Shown piece by piece: positions 37,501-46,770 of a DNA stretch of 64,000 nt. Positions within the stretch are counted from its first letter, which is position 1. Each line of letters starts with the position of its first letter. The DNA comes from Plasmodiophora brassicae (lineage: Eukaryota). Location: contig CP145422.1 of assembly GCA_036867785.1 (NCBI GenBank), positions 930,001 to 994,000 on the forward strand, written 5' to 3'. Below the pieces are notes generated by a model, which was not told where the DNA came from, searched no databases, and was given only the letters and a program-made list of their open reading frames with translations. The position numbers were made by a program, and so were the translations under genes.

Positions 37501-39935
37501 TTAAAGGCATCGAACAGCATGAAGATGGTCGCGGAACGTAGGTAGGTCAGGATGATGTCGATGTGAGGCATCGGCCATGCAATGCGTTCGGTCTGTTTGT
37601 TGACGGCTTCATTGATGTCGACGGTCAGCCGATGGCCGCGAACCTCCGTGTCCTTCTTGTCGACGACCAGACACGGCGACGCGTACCTGCTGTGCGGATT
37701 GCGGTACACAAAATCGTTTTCCGCCAAGGTTCCTACGTGATCATCCATGAATTTTTGATGTTCGAGGGTATACCTTCGTGTTCGGCAACGAACAGGACGA
37801 GCATCTGCTTTGAAGTGTAGTTTCAGTGGACTTACTTTCGCAGGTGGATCACGGCCAAGCTTCGTTCGCCATATGTCTTTGTGTCGATTGACAGTTGTGC
37901 GTAGACGCGGGACTTGATCGTTAGGGAAACCGGAGTCAGTTGCACGTTGTATCATCCGGTCTATTGCCCTGTCCACGTCTGTATCGGAGTGTTCTCCGAT
38001 TTCGACATCATAGTCGTCACCCGGATCATTGGTGTCCAATTGGGGCTCATGATCGCGAGTTGTTCCACTTACCTCCGGGTGTCTTACCGCTCTCATCGTG
38101 ATCCCTTGACCACCTGGGGCGTGACGTTCCGGGGTCGGATCCGCTTCGATGATGATAGGACCATTTGCCTCGATTAACATCTCCTTCAGTTGTGTAGCTG
38201 GATTGATACCCAACGCGTCCAGTTCCGGGGCTCCTAAAAGGACAATGTCATCAGATAGGTCTTCGCGACATACGTTGATTTCCCGCCCGCGTAGATGTGC
38301 AGGTTTGCCATGCGAAGGTGGGACAATGGTGATGTCCACGATCGCTGTGGCGACAATTGTTGTCGTAGCCCCGATCGTTGCAAGTTTCGCCTCCGTTGGA
38401 TGGTCGAACACTTTGACTGGGACATGCTGGATGGCTTGAATCCGTAGCAGTTGCGATTGCGAAATGACGGTCTTCGTCGCACCACTATCGGCTTCGAATG
38501 GAAGGTCGAGCGAGTTCTGGAAGCGAAGTCTCATAGGGGACGGTGTTGACGGCGACGGCGGGCCCATGCGCTTTGCCGTGTCTGCGTTGCCCTTACTCTC
38601 CTCCTTCTCTTTGCGCTCTTTCTGGAACTTTTCAATGGCAGCTTTGCGTTCTCCTTGAGTTGCCTTCGGGCACACTTGGACCCAGTGCTGCTCCTTGCAG
38701 ATTAGGCAACCTGCCTTTGGAGGATCCTTACCTTCGAAACGTTTTCGGATGTGCTCGGGGATGTCCCTCGATTCGTCTTTCGTTTGCGATGTGGACGATT
38801 GAGCTGTCTTCAGTCCGATCGGATTTGTCGGATGCTTGCCGCCATTCCTATTCGGAGCAACAACGTCCTTACCTTTCTTACCTGCAGGTGGGGACATGGT
38901 CTGCGCTGGAGACTTCTTCTTCTCAGCTTGCAGCCGGAAGTGTTTGTCCTGCTCTTTGGCAAGACGGTCGACGAGGTCGAAGAATTTGAGCTCGTCCTTC
39001 TCAGCGTCCCTGCACCCTCCGAACTCGATCGCGCGTTCGACTAGAACCGCAAGGTCAGTGGGACGGATACCTCCGCGTAATACCTTGATCTTGCGCTTGG
39101 TTCCTTTCGTTCCTTTGGCGTATGTGTCTTGTAGCCCATAGTCGTCGATTAGCTCATCGAACTTGGCGAAGAAAGACGTGACACGTTCCTCAATACTCTT
39201 GATTGACAGGTTCATGACCACTGTCTTCGTGAGAAGCGCCTTGATGTCTGTCGAACTCTCGACATCAGCCTCCCTGCGTTGGACTGACCTCAAGTAGCTC
39301 ATGATGTCGCCATCCGTGATCGTGCTGGCGGGTTGACGTAGGCGATATTTCGACATCCCTCTGAGGACGTCCTCGGTAATGCATGACTTCACCGTTGGCG
39401 GATGAATATCCTCCTTGTAGATCAGTCGGCGCTCGTTAACGATCTCGACGTGTTTCCTATATTTCTTGAGGAAATCGTTAATTCCGTCCTTGGCCGTAAG
39501 GCTCAGGGTACGTAGGATGGGCGGTTTCAAAGGCATAAAGATCGGGCTCTTACCGTGCAGGTTTGTTGACTGAAGCCCTCGATCGATTTCGTCATCTGTC
39601 GACGATTCATGCTCCTTGGCCTCGGCGTCGGAGTTGGTCCTGGCGTCGTCCTCCATCTGTAGACGAACGGGCGCTCTGCGGCCACCTCCTGCCATTAAGT
39701 GAGTTCGTTTGCTTGGGGCTCTTTGCGCAAGAAGCTTCTGTGCTAACGCCGCCGCTGCCCACTACGGGGGCGGTCGGTCGCAAGAGTCGGCGCCTGGTGA
39801 TATAACGAACTGATGTATTTGGACAGGATCGTCACAGCAAGGGCCGCTGCGGGGTCGAGTACGGTCATGATCATGTGACCGGGTGGCAGCAGCATCTGAG
39901 CAGCATCATCTGAGTACTGGTACTCTGGATGAACA
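34600..39935 (-). mobile_element. Full-length Ty3/Gypsy chromodomain-bearing LTR retrotransposon
   Basis: 197 bp LTRs (34600-34796, 39739-39935), TG…CA and apparently identical; 5 bp TSD CACGG (34595-34599, 39936-39940). Confidence 0.97.
34806..39695 (-). CDS. Gag-Pol polyprotein (1629 aa, single ORF)
   Basis: Zn knuckle CLICKEQHWVQVC, protease DSGA, RT (DAFKGYWQ…WIDD), RNase H (DAS…EKEAYA…TDHRNL), integrase (H…H…CLHC, D…SDRG…NGTVE) and C-terminal chromodomain (W.GF…SWEP). Confidence 0.96.
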   Translation of the reverse strand: MAGGGRRAPVRLQMEDDARTNSDAEAKEHESSTDDEIDRGLQSTNLHGKSPIFMPLKPPILRTLSLTAKDGINDFLKKYRKHVEIVNERRLIYKEDIHPPTVKSCITEDVLRGMSKYRLRQPASTITDGDIMSYLRSVQRREADVESSTDIKALLTKTVVMNLSIKSIEERVTSFFAKFDELIDDYGLQDTYAKGTKGTKRKIKVLRGGIRPTDLAVLVERAIEFGGCRDAEKDELKFFDLVDRLAKEQDKHFRLQAEKKKSPAQTMSPPAGKKGKDVVAPNRNGGKHPTNPIGLKTAQSSTSQTKDESRDIPEHIRKRFEGKDPPKAGCLICKEQHWVQVCPKATQGERKAAIEKFQKERKEKEESKGNADTAKRMGPPSPSTPSPMRLRFQNSLDLPFEADSGATKTVISQSQLLRIQAIQHVPVKVFDHPTEAKLATIGATTTIVATAIVDITIVPPSHGKPAHLRGREINVCREDLSDDIVLLGAPELDALGINPATQLKEMLIEANGPIIIEADPTPERHAPGGQGITMRAVRHPEVSGTTRDHEPQLDTNDPGDDYDVEIGEHSDTDVDRAIDRMIQRATDSGFPNDQVPRLRTTVNRHKDIWRTKLGRDPPAKVSPLKLHFKADARPVRCRTRRYTLEHQKFMDDHVGTLAENDFVYRNPHSRYASPCLVVDKKDTEVRGHRLTVDINEAVNKQTERIAWPMPHIDIILTYLRSATIFMLFDAFKGYWQFPLHPDSQEACSFMTHIATFTPRRIIQGIADCVFAFQAGMQQVLGKLLYICALLWIDDILGYVSGFGAYMDTLESLLNAFDEFGVKLNPDRCQLYLTSVTWCGRVISADGVSFDRSYLNALHDLSTPITAADLQQFLSGLNWVRSVIPQFAAHVHPLQDLLLSASRSVSSLKKSHLRRVRLADIGWTTDHLTSFNSLKHRLSEAMTLAHPKDEWIMCLFPDASDRFWSVFLSQIPPEDIDLPYGEQHHEPLSFISGTFRGSQLKWATIEKEAYAIIEGCYRLRHFISMSKLALRIFTDHRNLVFILNPASVARISRTTGDRLERWRLQIIDLDFHIEHIAGEDNVWADLATRWGVALQPLSSFSPPSFRSIRHMAINLDFDDYKMTDEFIWPSVDEISNAQTDYIRQHDLSAVSDILQLEGDMSLHLSPESGWRTPDNQLWVPSHALQLRIAVISHMGLSGHQPAASTISSIAQLFWWPDLDSFVRAFVDKCLHCLRNKDSMIPRPFGTAMHADKPNKVIHYDFLFLSKPRPGDSHQLRYVLVLKDDATAFVELIPCQFADHSVVAESLLDWFKRFGIVFQHVSDRGTHFKNAVIAELNSRLHCNHHFTTAYTPWANGTVEVVNKRLLFLLKSLLSELNLPFQDWPYVLPLINMTVNHTVRSSVGYAPVTMFTGLPPSTPISIIFNKRIDAVIDVPLTPDRLKEMTTELIDSLEDMHKAVARTRTHLRDLKQRARRRRRNVREINFTTGDYVLVANHGKHSKSEYNWTGPAQIIDTINDWVYRVRDLLTDRISDVHAQRLMFYADAHLNVTSSLKHNIALTGVAYQVNAVEDIRVNSTSGDTELLINWIGFDATDNSWEPYSVMAADVPDIVRAFLERQAEGDPLCSRLLADF

Positions 39936-41460
39936 CACGGCCAGGAAGTCGGCAGTGACGTTGATGACGTCCAAGTGATCGATACCGACCGGCTGCGGGC
40001 CCAGGTACCTGTTAAACGGGACGCTGCGCATGTGGATGCCAGCAAACGGCGAATCGGCCGGCTCAACGATGACCATCGCGCTGTCAAACTTCCGCAGCGA
40101 GCATACCACACACACAATGAACATCAGCATTCTGACTACGAGGGGTCACTACAATGAAAGTTGTTCAGGTACACTAGGTTCGACCTTTGACTTAATGTAG
40201 GCTGGGCAGCATTTAAACCTATACTTTATATACTCGAACAGGCCATTATATATGTATAACAGATCCATGGGCCGGGACATGGCATTTTTCGAATGATACT
40301 GAATCGTTTGATCGAATCGTTTGACCTCTACTTAAATGGCTAGAGGCCTAGCTGTGGGGCGGGTGCCATTATTTGCGAGTGGAATCGATGTCGTTGACCA
40401 GCTGTATGCTGATGGGTTTGGAGGCCGAAGAGGCTTCGATCGATGCACAACGTTAGAGGTGTCGACGCTCTACGAATTAAATGCCAGTCCCCGTCGGACG
40501 ATCGAAGATACCGTGCTGATGTTGTCAAACGGTTTGCCAGGCAATCTCTTAGAGGTAGCGGCCAATGTTGCTGCCGATCTGGTCAGCGAGCTGCTCGAGA
40601 CGTCAACGCCATCTTATCCTTGCACAAAACAAACACGCCGATTCCTTTCGGCTCCTGAGGTTCCTTCTTGCTGCTTCTCTGGGAAGTCAATCGCTATATC
40701 CACGTTCGTCTCTTTACTTGGTTCACGTTTCGGTTTCTGGTCATATTCTGCAGCACGAATGAGATCTATGTGGCCCCCGTACATAATGGATCGATGACAG
40801 TGAGAACAGATGATTGAATCGGCATCCAGCAGTCGGCCCCGGCCCCCTCGCTCGTACGCGTGTCATATCTGAAATGACCGGTTCCTACTGGGGTCCATAA
40901 CGGCGTTTTGAGGTGTACCTTTGGCTCGATCTGCTGTGTTGCACCCCATCGGCGCCAGTCCATTTGCCATGTGCGTTGTGGTCGGATGAGTGATCCGATT
41001 CTGAGTTGGGACTTACGTTCCGTGGCGTCATCTCCCGGTTGGAAACCTCAAGCACCGATGCAATCTCTGACGATGGCGACAGAACCCGTCAGGACCGGAT
41101 GTCAATTCAGCTGCTGCGACCGCGCACGAATCGCAGAACCTATATATCTCGCATTTCCGGCAAGCCGGTGTGTTTCGTACTGCCTTGTGTCACTTGTCTA
41201 GCAAACGGTAGCGCCTGTTATTAGTCTAATGCGCGTTTCTGGTTAATTAGCGGCTGCGGCGAGGAGCACTGATACTAATAGGTTAGCGGCGGACGAATAC
41301 GTATCGCTCGTAGCTCCACTCGATGGTAATTGGCCTCAACTTATATATAACGCCCCTGTGGGAGGTTTTCATGATGTACATTTGACAGCGCGTCGCCAGC
41401 TGGATCTGAAACGCTAGTGCAACGTATTATCAGTCAATCGAAGGGCGATGCTGCCCGGAG

Positions 41461-42936
41461 TCATTGGGACATTGCCCGAATATTCCCGATGGTAGGAGAA
41501 GGTACCACCTGAACGGTGTCTTGCGACGATGGCGGCTGTGTCAGCATTACACGACACAGGCTGGTCAGCCCTCGAGAGGTTGCGGCTCCGCACCAGAAGA
41601 TCACCCACCCGGCATGAGTGTACAGGAACATTGTCGCCCCAATGGGTACAAACCCAACGAACGCGATCATCGACAGGGAGAGATACAACGTCCAGCGGTT
41701 CAGACGATTCAGCAGCTTGTCCATGGCGAGAGATCCTTCTTGCCCAACGGTCTTCCTTGCGTGTCTCTGAAAGTTGAGCGCTTGCACGAGAAACTGGACG
41801 CCAACTACCAACTGCATGATCGTGGCTAGCGACGAAATGACCTGATAAATATATAAGGGGGTAATGTAGATCGCCGGGCACAGGCACGCTGCCGTATCCA
41901 GGACAACGGGAACCACACAGAGAGCGACCTTGGCAACCGGGTGGGCTTCAAGGAAGATCCCCAACCATGAATTTTGGCCCGACCCGGGCGCCTCCTTAAG
42001 AATATTCGTCCAGAGGATCGCACTGAGCATGTCGCAGGCGAAACCCCATCCAGACAATCCGCTGACGAAAAACAGTGCCGCCTCATGCGGCAGTATCCCG
42101 TTGCTCTGCCAGCCTCCGATGCCAATGAACGCGCCCGTGGCTAATGTCGTCATAAGTTCGATGCCTAGGATTAGATGCACGATGGACAGCTGGCTTGCGA
42201 TGAACTTCAGATGGCGTCGTCGTGTACGTGTGGTCTTCATCGGGAATCGCTTAACGAAATGGTCGTTGATGTTGATCAGATGTTTGTAGAGAAACATTGC
42301 GGCGAACATGAAAGCAGATCCAAAGACGAGCATCGGAACCCACCGCATCGGAATTTGCACGTACCATTGGTGGTAGATGGCATCCCAATCGTTCAAGTCC
42401 GGTTGTATGCTGACGACGATCCGCTCCGTTTCCCAGGTTTGTACAAAGTAGTCGATCAGCTGGGAGACGCCAGGATGGGCTGGGGCTTCCACAGATACAT
42501 ACAGCATATTGTTGTTTGGCGGACCCGGTTGCTCTGGGTTTCTGAAGAAGAAGTTGAGTGGGTTTGAAATGTAGTACGCGTATGACGATATCTCCAGCCA
42601 CGCTGCGACACCCTTCTCCTGCATCAGATTGTACTTATGTGTTGGCGAACATCCGATCACCGGGTGTGGTTCAAATACGAGGATGCGTCCGCGAGCCTCA
42701 ACCGGGATGCCGCCGTTCCTACCACACTGGCAGTTGCCATCCAAGACCATAACGTCGCCAGTGACATTGACGACGACAGGGTCGGTGCCCTGTGGTCCTA
42801 GGTATTTGTTCACGGGGATGCTTAGCATTCGGATGCCTGCAAAGGAAGAATTGCCTGGACCCAGAATGACCATCGACCCGTAGGCCATCAGCACCTCGCA
42901 TAGCATTAGACGTACGACGACGCCTAGACATGTCAT
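41461..42936 (-). CDS. PA-domain 7TM receptor family, intact copy (491 aa)
   Basis: Complete ORF with all family motifs. Confidence 0.85.
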   Translation of the reverse strand: MTCLGVVVRLMLCEVLMAYGSMVILGPGNSSFAGIRMLSIPVNKYLGPQGTDPVVVNVTGDVMVLDGNCQCGRNGGIPVEARGRILVFEPHPVIGCSPTHKYNLMQEKGVAAWLEISSYAYYISNPLNFFFRNPEQPGPPNNNMLYVSVEAPAHPGVSQLIDYFVQTWETERIVVSIQPDLNDWDAIYHQWYVQIPMRWVPMLVFGSAFMFAAMFLYKHLININDHFVKRFPMKTTRTRRRHLKFIASQLSIVHLILGIELMTTLATGAFIGIGGWQSNGILPHEAALFFVSGLSGWGFACDMLSAILWTNILKEAPGSGQNSWLGIFLEAHPVAKVALCVVPVVLDTAACLCPAIYITPLYIYQVISSLATIMQLVVGVQFLVQALNFQRHARKTVGQEGSLAMDKLLNRLNRWTLYLSLSMIAFVGFVPIGATMFLYTHAGWVIFWCGAATSRGLTSLCRVMLTQPPSSQDTVQVVPSPTIGNIRAMSQ

Positions 42937-43071
42937 GATAGCTAAATGGTTGCGTAAGCGTACAGGTACTGCTGTCGACCTATACAGGGGTGTTTGATAT
43001 TGTCGTAGTACTCACCAGTACGTTCTAGGGAATCGCACCCAGAAGCGTGGTAGAATTATGTGTTTTAGGGG

Positions 43072-43775
43072 TCACTCGCCTTTCAGGGTTCGAGTGGGCG
43101 GCATCTGGGCGCTGTCCCGTACTACTGACGGCGGCTGGGACAGCATAACGCGACTAAAGCTGGTAAGCGCGCTAGCCGTATACCTGCCCCTGACCAGCAC
43201 ACGACCCAGCCGACCGTGTGTACGTACAGGAATGAGGTTGCGCCAATCGGTAGAAACGCGACGAATACGATCATATATATGGACAGACACAAGATCCACC
43301 GGTTCAGTCGGCTCAGAACATTGGCATAATATGGCTTGTCCCGATCCCTGGAGTAGAAGTCAAAGGGATCCGACACAGTGTACCCGTTCGGCACGATGAC
43401 AATTAAGGCTACGGCGCCTTTCGCCTGTAGGCGGTAGTACATCCCGGATGCTGGACATTCAACCACGGCGGTCTCTGTCATGAGGAATAGGACGCGGCCC
43501 GAGCCCTCGTCAGCAATGACGGGCTCAGAATCGCAGAGCGCGTTGGCATCCCCGACCATGAATTCGGCAGTGACGTTGACACTATAAGTGCCCGAATCGG
43601 TGTTCTGTGGACTGAGGGACTTGTTAAAAGGGACGCTTCGCATCGGGATCCCGCCGATTGGAGAATCGGCCGGCTCTACAATGGCGAATCGCGGGCGCTG
43701 TCCACCGCCAGAAGCGATATGCATCTGTGCAGGGCGGCGCCAAAGCCTGGAGCAGTACATGCACGCCAATGCCAT
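43072..43775 (-). pseudogene. PA-7TM family copy with internal deletion (PA domain fused directly to TM6-7) and frameshift
   Basis: …VSDPFDFYSRDRDKPYY|ANVLSRLNRWILCLS…; TM1-TM5 are missing. Confidence 0.8.
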
Positions 43776-44033
43776 GAGACAGAACGGTGCAGACTGGCTG
43801 ACCGAGTAGTACAGTGGGTTCGTCCTGAATATATTAGAGGTCCAGTAACACCTCGCGCGTGGCGGTTGGCCACATTCGGTACCAGAACATGAGCGGCGCC
43901 GATCATGAGGGCACCTAGTTCAACAAGGTATCGACCCGCAAGACCAGGTTAGCGTCTTGCTGCAGGCAAGGCGGGTAACAGCCAGCCGTGGTGATCTGAC
44001 TTGTTACATCTGCGGCTGGCGCGCGTCCCAATC

Positions 44034-45509
44034 TCACTGATCAGCCGTCGAAATCTGCAAAGGTCTATCATGCGCGCTTCCTCTTGGCGGTCGCGGCTGC
44101 GCTAGCATGACGCGACAGAGGCTGGTGAGAGCGCGAGCCGTTCCCGCTCCTGACCAGAACAGCACCCATCCGACCTGTGAGTACAGGAATGTGGTGGCAG
44201 CAATGGGCACGAAACAAACGAACGCGATCATGGACATAGATAAGCCCAATGTCCAGCGGTTCAGTCGCTGCAGGAGATGGTCCATACGGTCGTCCATCTG
44301 GAAGACGGCGTCCACGTTTCCCTGTACGCTCTGCCAGGCATGCTTCTGGAACGTGAGCGCCTGAACTAGGAATTGAATACCGACGGTCAACTGCATCAGC
44401 ATAATCAGCAGCGCAGTGAACAGGTTGATCAGTGGAATCTGGACGTAAAACGCGGCACACAGTGATGCCCCCGTGTCAAGAAGGACGGGGAGCACACAAA
44501 GCGTCACCTTGACAAGAGGGTTACGTTCCAGAAACTGACCGAACCACGAATCGCGTCCAGCCCCAGGCGTTCGCTTGACCACGTTCGACCAGAGGATCGC
44601 ACTGAGGACGTCGCAGGCAAATCCCCAGCCGGACAGTGCAGTGATGAAGAATTCCGTCATCTCGAACGGAACGAGGGCATTGCTCTGCCAGCCGCCAACG
44701 CCAATGAACGCGCACATGACGAAGGTGGCCATCAGCTCAATGACAAGGATTAGGTGGACGATGGAAAACTGCTTGCCGACGAACTTCCAGAAGCGCTGTC
44801 GTGTTTGCATAGTGGCCCTTGGGAACTGCCGAACGTAGTCCGCCTCGAAGTTCTGCAGGTGCTTGCGAAGGAAGACAACGGCGAGCAGGGAGGTGGCTCC
44901 GAAAATGATCGCTGGGATCCATCGCAGCGGTAGTTGGACGTACCACCGAGGGTAAAACCCATCCCAGTTGCTTCGATCCGGCTGAATGCTGACGACGATC
45001 CGCTCGTGTTGGGCCCTGTCCACCAGGTACTTTGTAAGCGAGGCACCGAACTGATCGGGCTCCTCCACGGCCACGAACAAGAGGTTGTTCGCGCTGGGAT
45101 CCGGCTGGTACCGGTTTCTGGAATAAAAGTTAAACGGGTCCGAGGCGTCGAAACCAGGCGGGCGCATGACGATCCAGGCGGTGGCCCCTTTCTGCTGCAG
45201 GAGGTTGAATGTCCACGACACGGGGCATCCGACCAGCGGGATCGACGCCACCAGCACGACACGTCCCCGAACCTCGTCTGGGATGTCGCTGACCGTACCG
45301 CAGACAGAGCCCGAGTGCAAGGCCATAATTTCGCCAGTGACGTTGACAAGGACGGGATCAGTACCTTGTGAGCCGAGGTGCTTGTTGTACGGGACGCTGC
45401 GCATCCGCACCCCAGCAAACGGCGAGTCGCCTGGCGCGACGATCACCATCGCGCTGTCCGCCGTCCACAGCACGCATGGCATATGCAGGACCAAGCCCAC
45501 GATTACCAT
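44034..45509 (-). CDS. PA-domain 7TM receptor family, intact copy
   Basis: Likely start MVIVGLVLHMPCVLWTADSA; complete family motifs. Confidence 0.85.
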   Translation of the reverse strand: MVIVGLVLHMPCVLWTADSAMVIVAPGDSPFAGVRMRSVPYNKHLGSQGTDPVLVNVTGEIMALHSGSVCGTVSDIPDEVRGRVVLVASIPLVGCPVSWTFNLLQQKGATAWIVMRPPGFDASDPFNFYSRNRYQPDPSANNLLFVAVEEPDQFGASLTKYLVDRAQHERIVVSIQPDRSNWDGFYPRWYVQLPLRWIPAIIFGATSLLAVVFLRKHLQNFEADYVRQFPRATMQTRQRFWKFVGKQFSIVHLILVIELMATFVMCAFIGVGGWQSNALVPFEMTEFFITALSGWGFACDVLSAILWSNVVKRTPGAGRDSWFGQFLERNPLVKVTLCVLPVLLDTGASLCAAFYVQIPLINLFTALLIMLMQLTVGIQFLVQALTFQKHAWQSVQGNVDAVFQMDDRMDHLLQRLNRWTLGLSMSMIAFVCFVPIAATTFLYSQVGWVLFWSGAGTARALTSLCRVMLAQPRPPRGSAHDRPLQISTADQ

Positions 45510-45848
45510 TCCGTCAAGCGAGCACCTCCGTCCGACCTGTACCATGACATGCGACGCAGGAAATGGCGATGGTCGACCGTACACCCCATGCCATCATTCG
45601 CGCGTGCGCAAACTGGACCGCCCTGTGACTGGGCGACTGAGCTGATGATGCACAGGCGAACGCCCAAGGGAGTACGGGGCCGGATAGGTATAGCCATGGG
45701 GATCTGCGCGGCCGTTGCTGCTGCGCTGCACGGCGATCCCACGTCGGCAAAACAACGTCCTGCGCTGCCGGTTGCGTCACCCGTCCTGTCATCATCATCG
45801 GCCCCCGCCCACCCACCGCTGGATCCGCCTATTTTCGGAACGGCTGGG

Positions 45849-46674
45849 TAGGGATGCTCATTTTGCGGTCCCGGTTACCGGTTAACTGGTTAACCGAGGA
45901 CCACGGTTAACCGGTTAAGCTCCAGAGCAGGACCGGTTAACCGCGGTTAACCGGCCTCCGGAGACCTTTGGGAGCCGCTCGCACTATATGAAGTGCGCAA
46001 CTGGCGCATTTCTGTGAGATTGACTGCGCATGTAAGGTTTGCGAGAGTCAGCCCACCCACCGCCCCCAGTCCTCGAGTCCCCGGCCCCCGACCCCTATCC
46101 AACGCCCCAGCCACCACTCCCCGACCCCGGGCCCCGCCACTCCCCAGTCGTCAAACACCAGCGCTTCGATCGTGTTGCCAGTGGAGGGCGCGGCCGCAGG
46201 CAGCTCTCGGGTCGCTCGCCGGCTCGGACGCTGTCACGTCCGGGCGGTCTGTGAGATTGACGAAGTTGACAGTTTCTTCATCCTCACTGCGAAACCTGAC
46301 TTGACATGTGATGATCCCATCGGATGGTGGAAGCACTACCGAACTCGGTTTCCTACTCTGTCGAAACATGCCAGGGACACCGTAATCGTGATGGGATCGT
46401 CCGTCCCATCAGAGTCCGCGTTCTCAGTATCTGGAAGCTACGTTCCTGCTAGCAGAGGTCGCATGTCCGATGAGAACTTGTCGGTCATGATGAAGCTGCG
46501 ATCATGGAGAAACGTATTCAGCAAGATGTAATACATTTCAGCAGGCGTTCCTGCGCCATTGGAAGAGCGACAATTTAGTCGGTTAACCGATGGTTAACCG
46601 GTCTTTTAACCGGTTAACCGGTTAAGCCCCAGGCCCGGACCGGTTAACCGCGGACCGGATCGTGGTCACCCCTA
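45849..46674 (+). mobile_element. Non-autonomous hAT (Ac/Ds-like) element with dimerisation-domain remnant
   Basis: 8 bp TSD CGGCTGGG (45841-45848, 46675-46682); termini TAGGGATG/TAGGGGTG; subterminal GGTTAACC repeats; DPIGWWK…FPTLSKHARD…SSVPSESAFS (hAT C-terminal domain) at ~46310-46530. Confidence 0.93.
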
Positions 46675-46770
46675 CGGCTGGGTGGATCTGTATTACTGGC
46701 TGACTGGAGGATACGCGGGACGCTCGCCGGTCATTTTCGATGCAGAGATATTTGTGACCGGGCGCCGGGC

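Larger units (their letters stand above)
33308..40130 (-). pseudogene. PA-7TM family copy interrupted by LTR retrotransposon (5' part 39936-40130, 3' part 33308-34599)
   Basis: Removing the element and one CACGG copy gives in-frame …VTADFLAV|NGDCQCGG…; both halves are otherwise open. Confidence 0.92.

Noticed and set aside
40336-41224. ORFs between the LTR-hit receptor and the next copy
   Set aside because: No recognisable domain or coding bias; left unannotated.
45865-45955. GGTTAACC and GACCCGGGTC (62.3/63.1 kb) arrays as telomeric or CRISPR repeats
   Set aside because: Better explained as hAT subterminal repeats bounded by TIRs and 8 bp TSDs.
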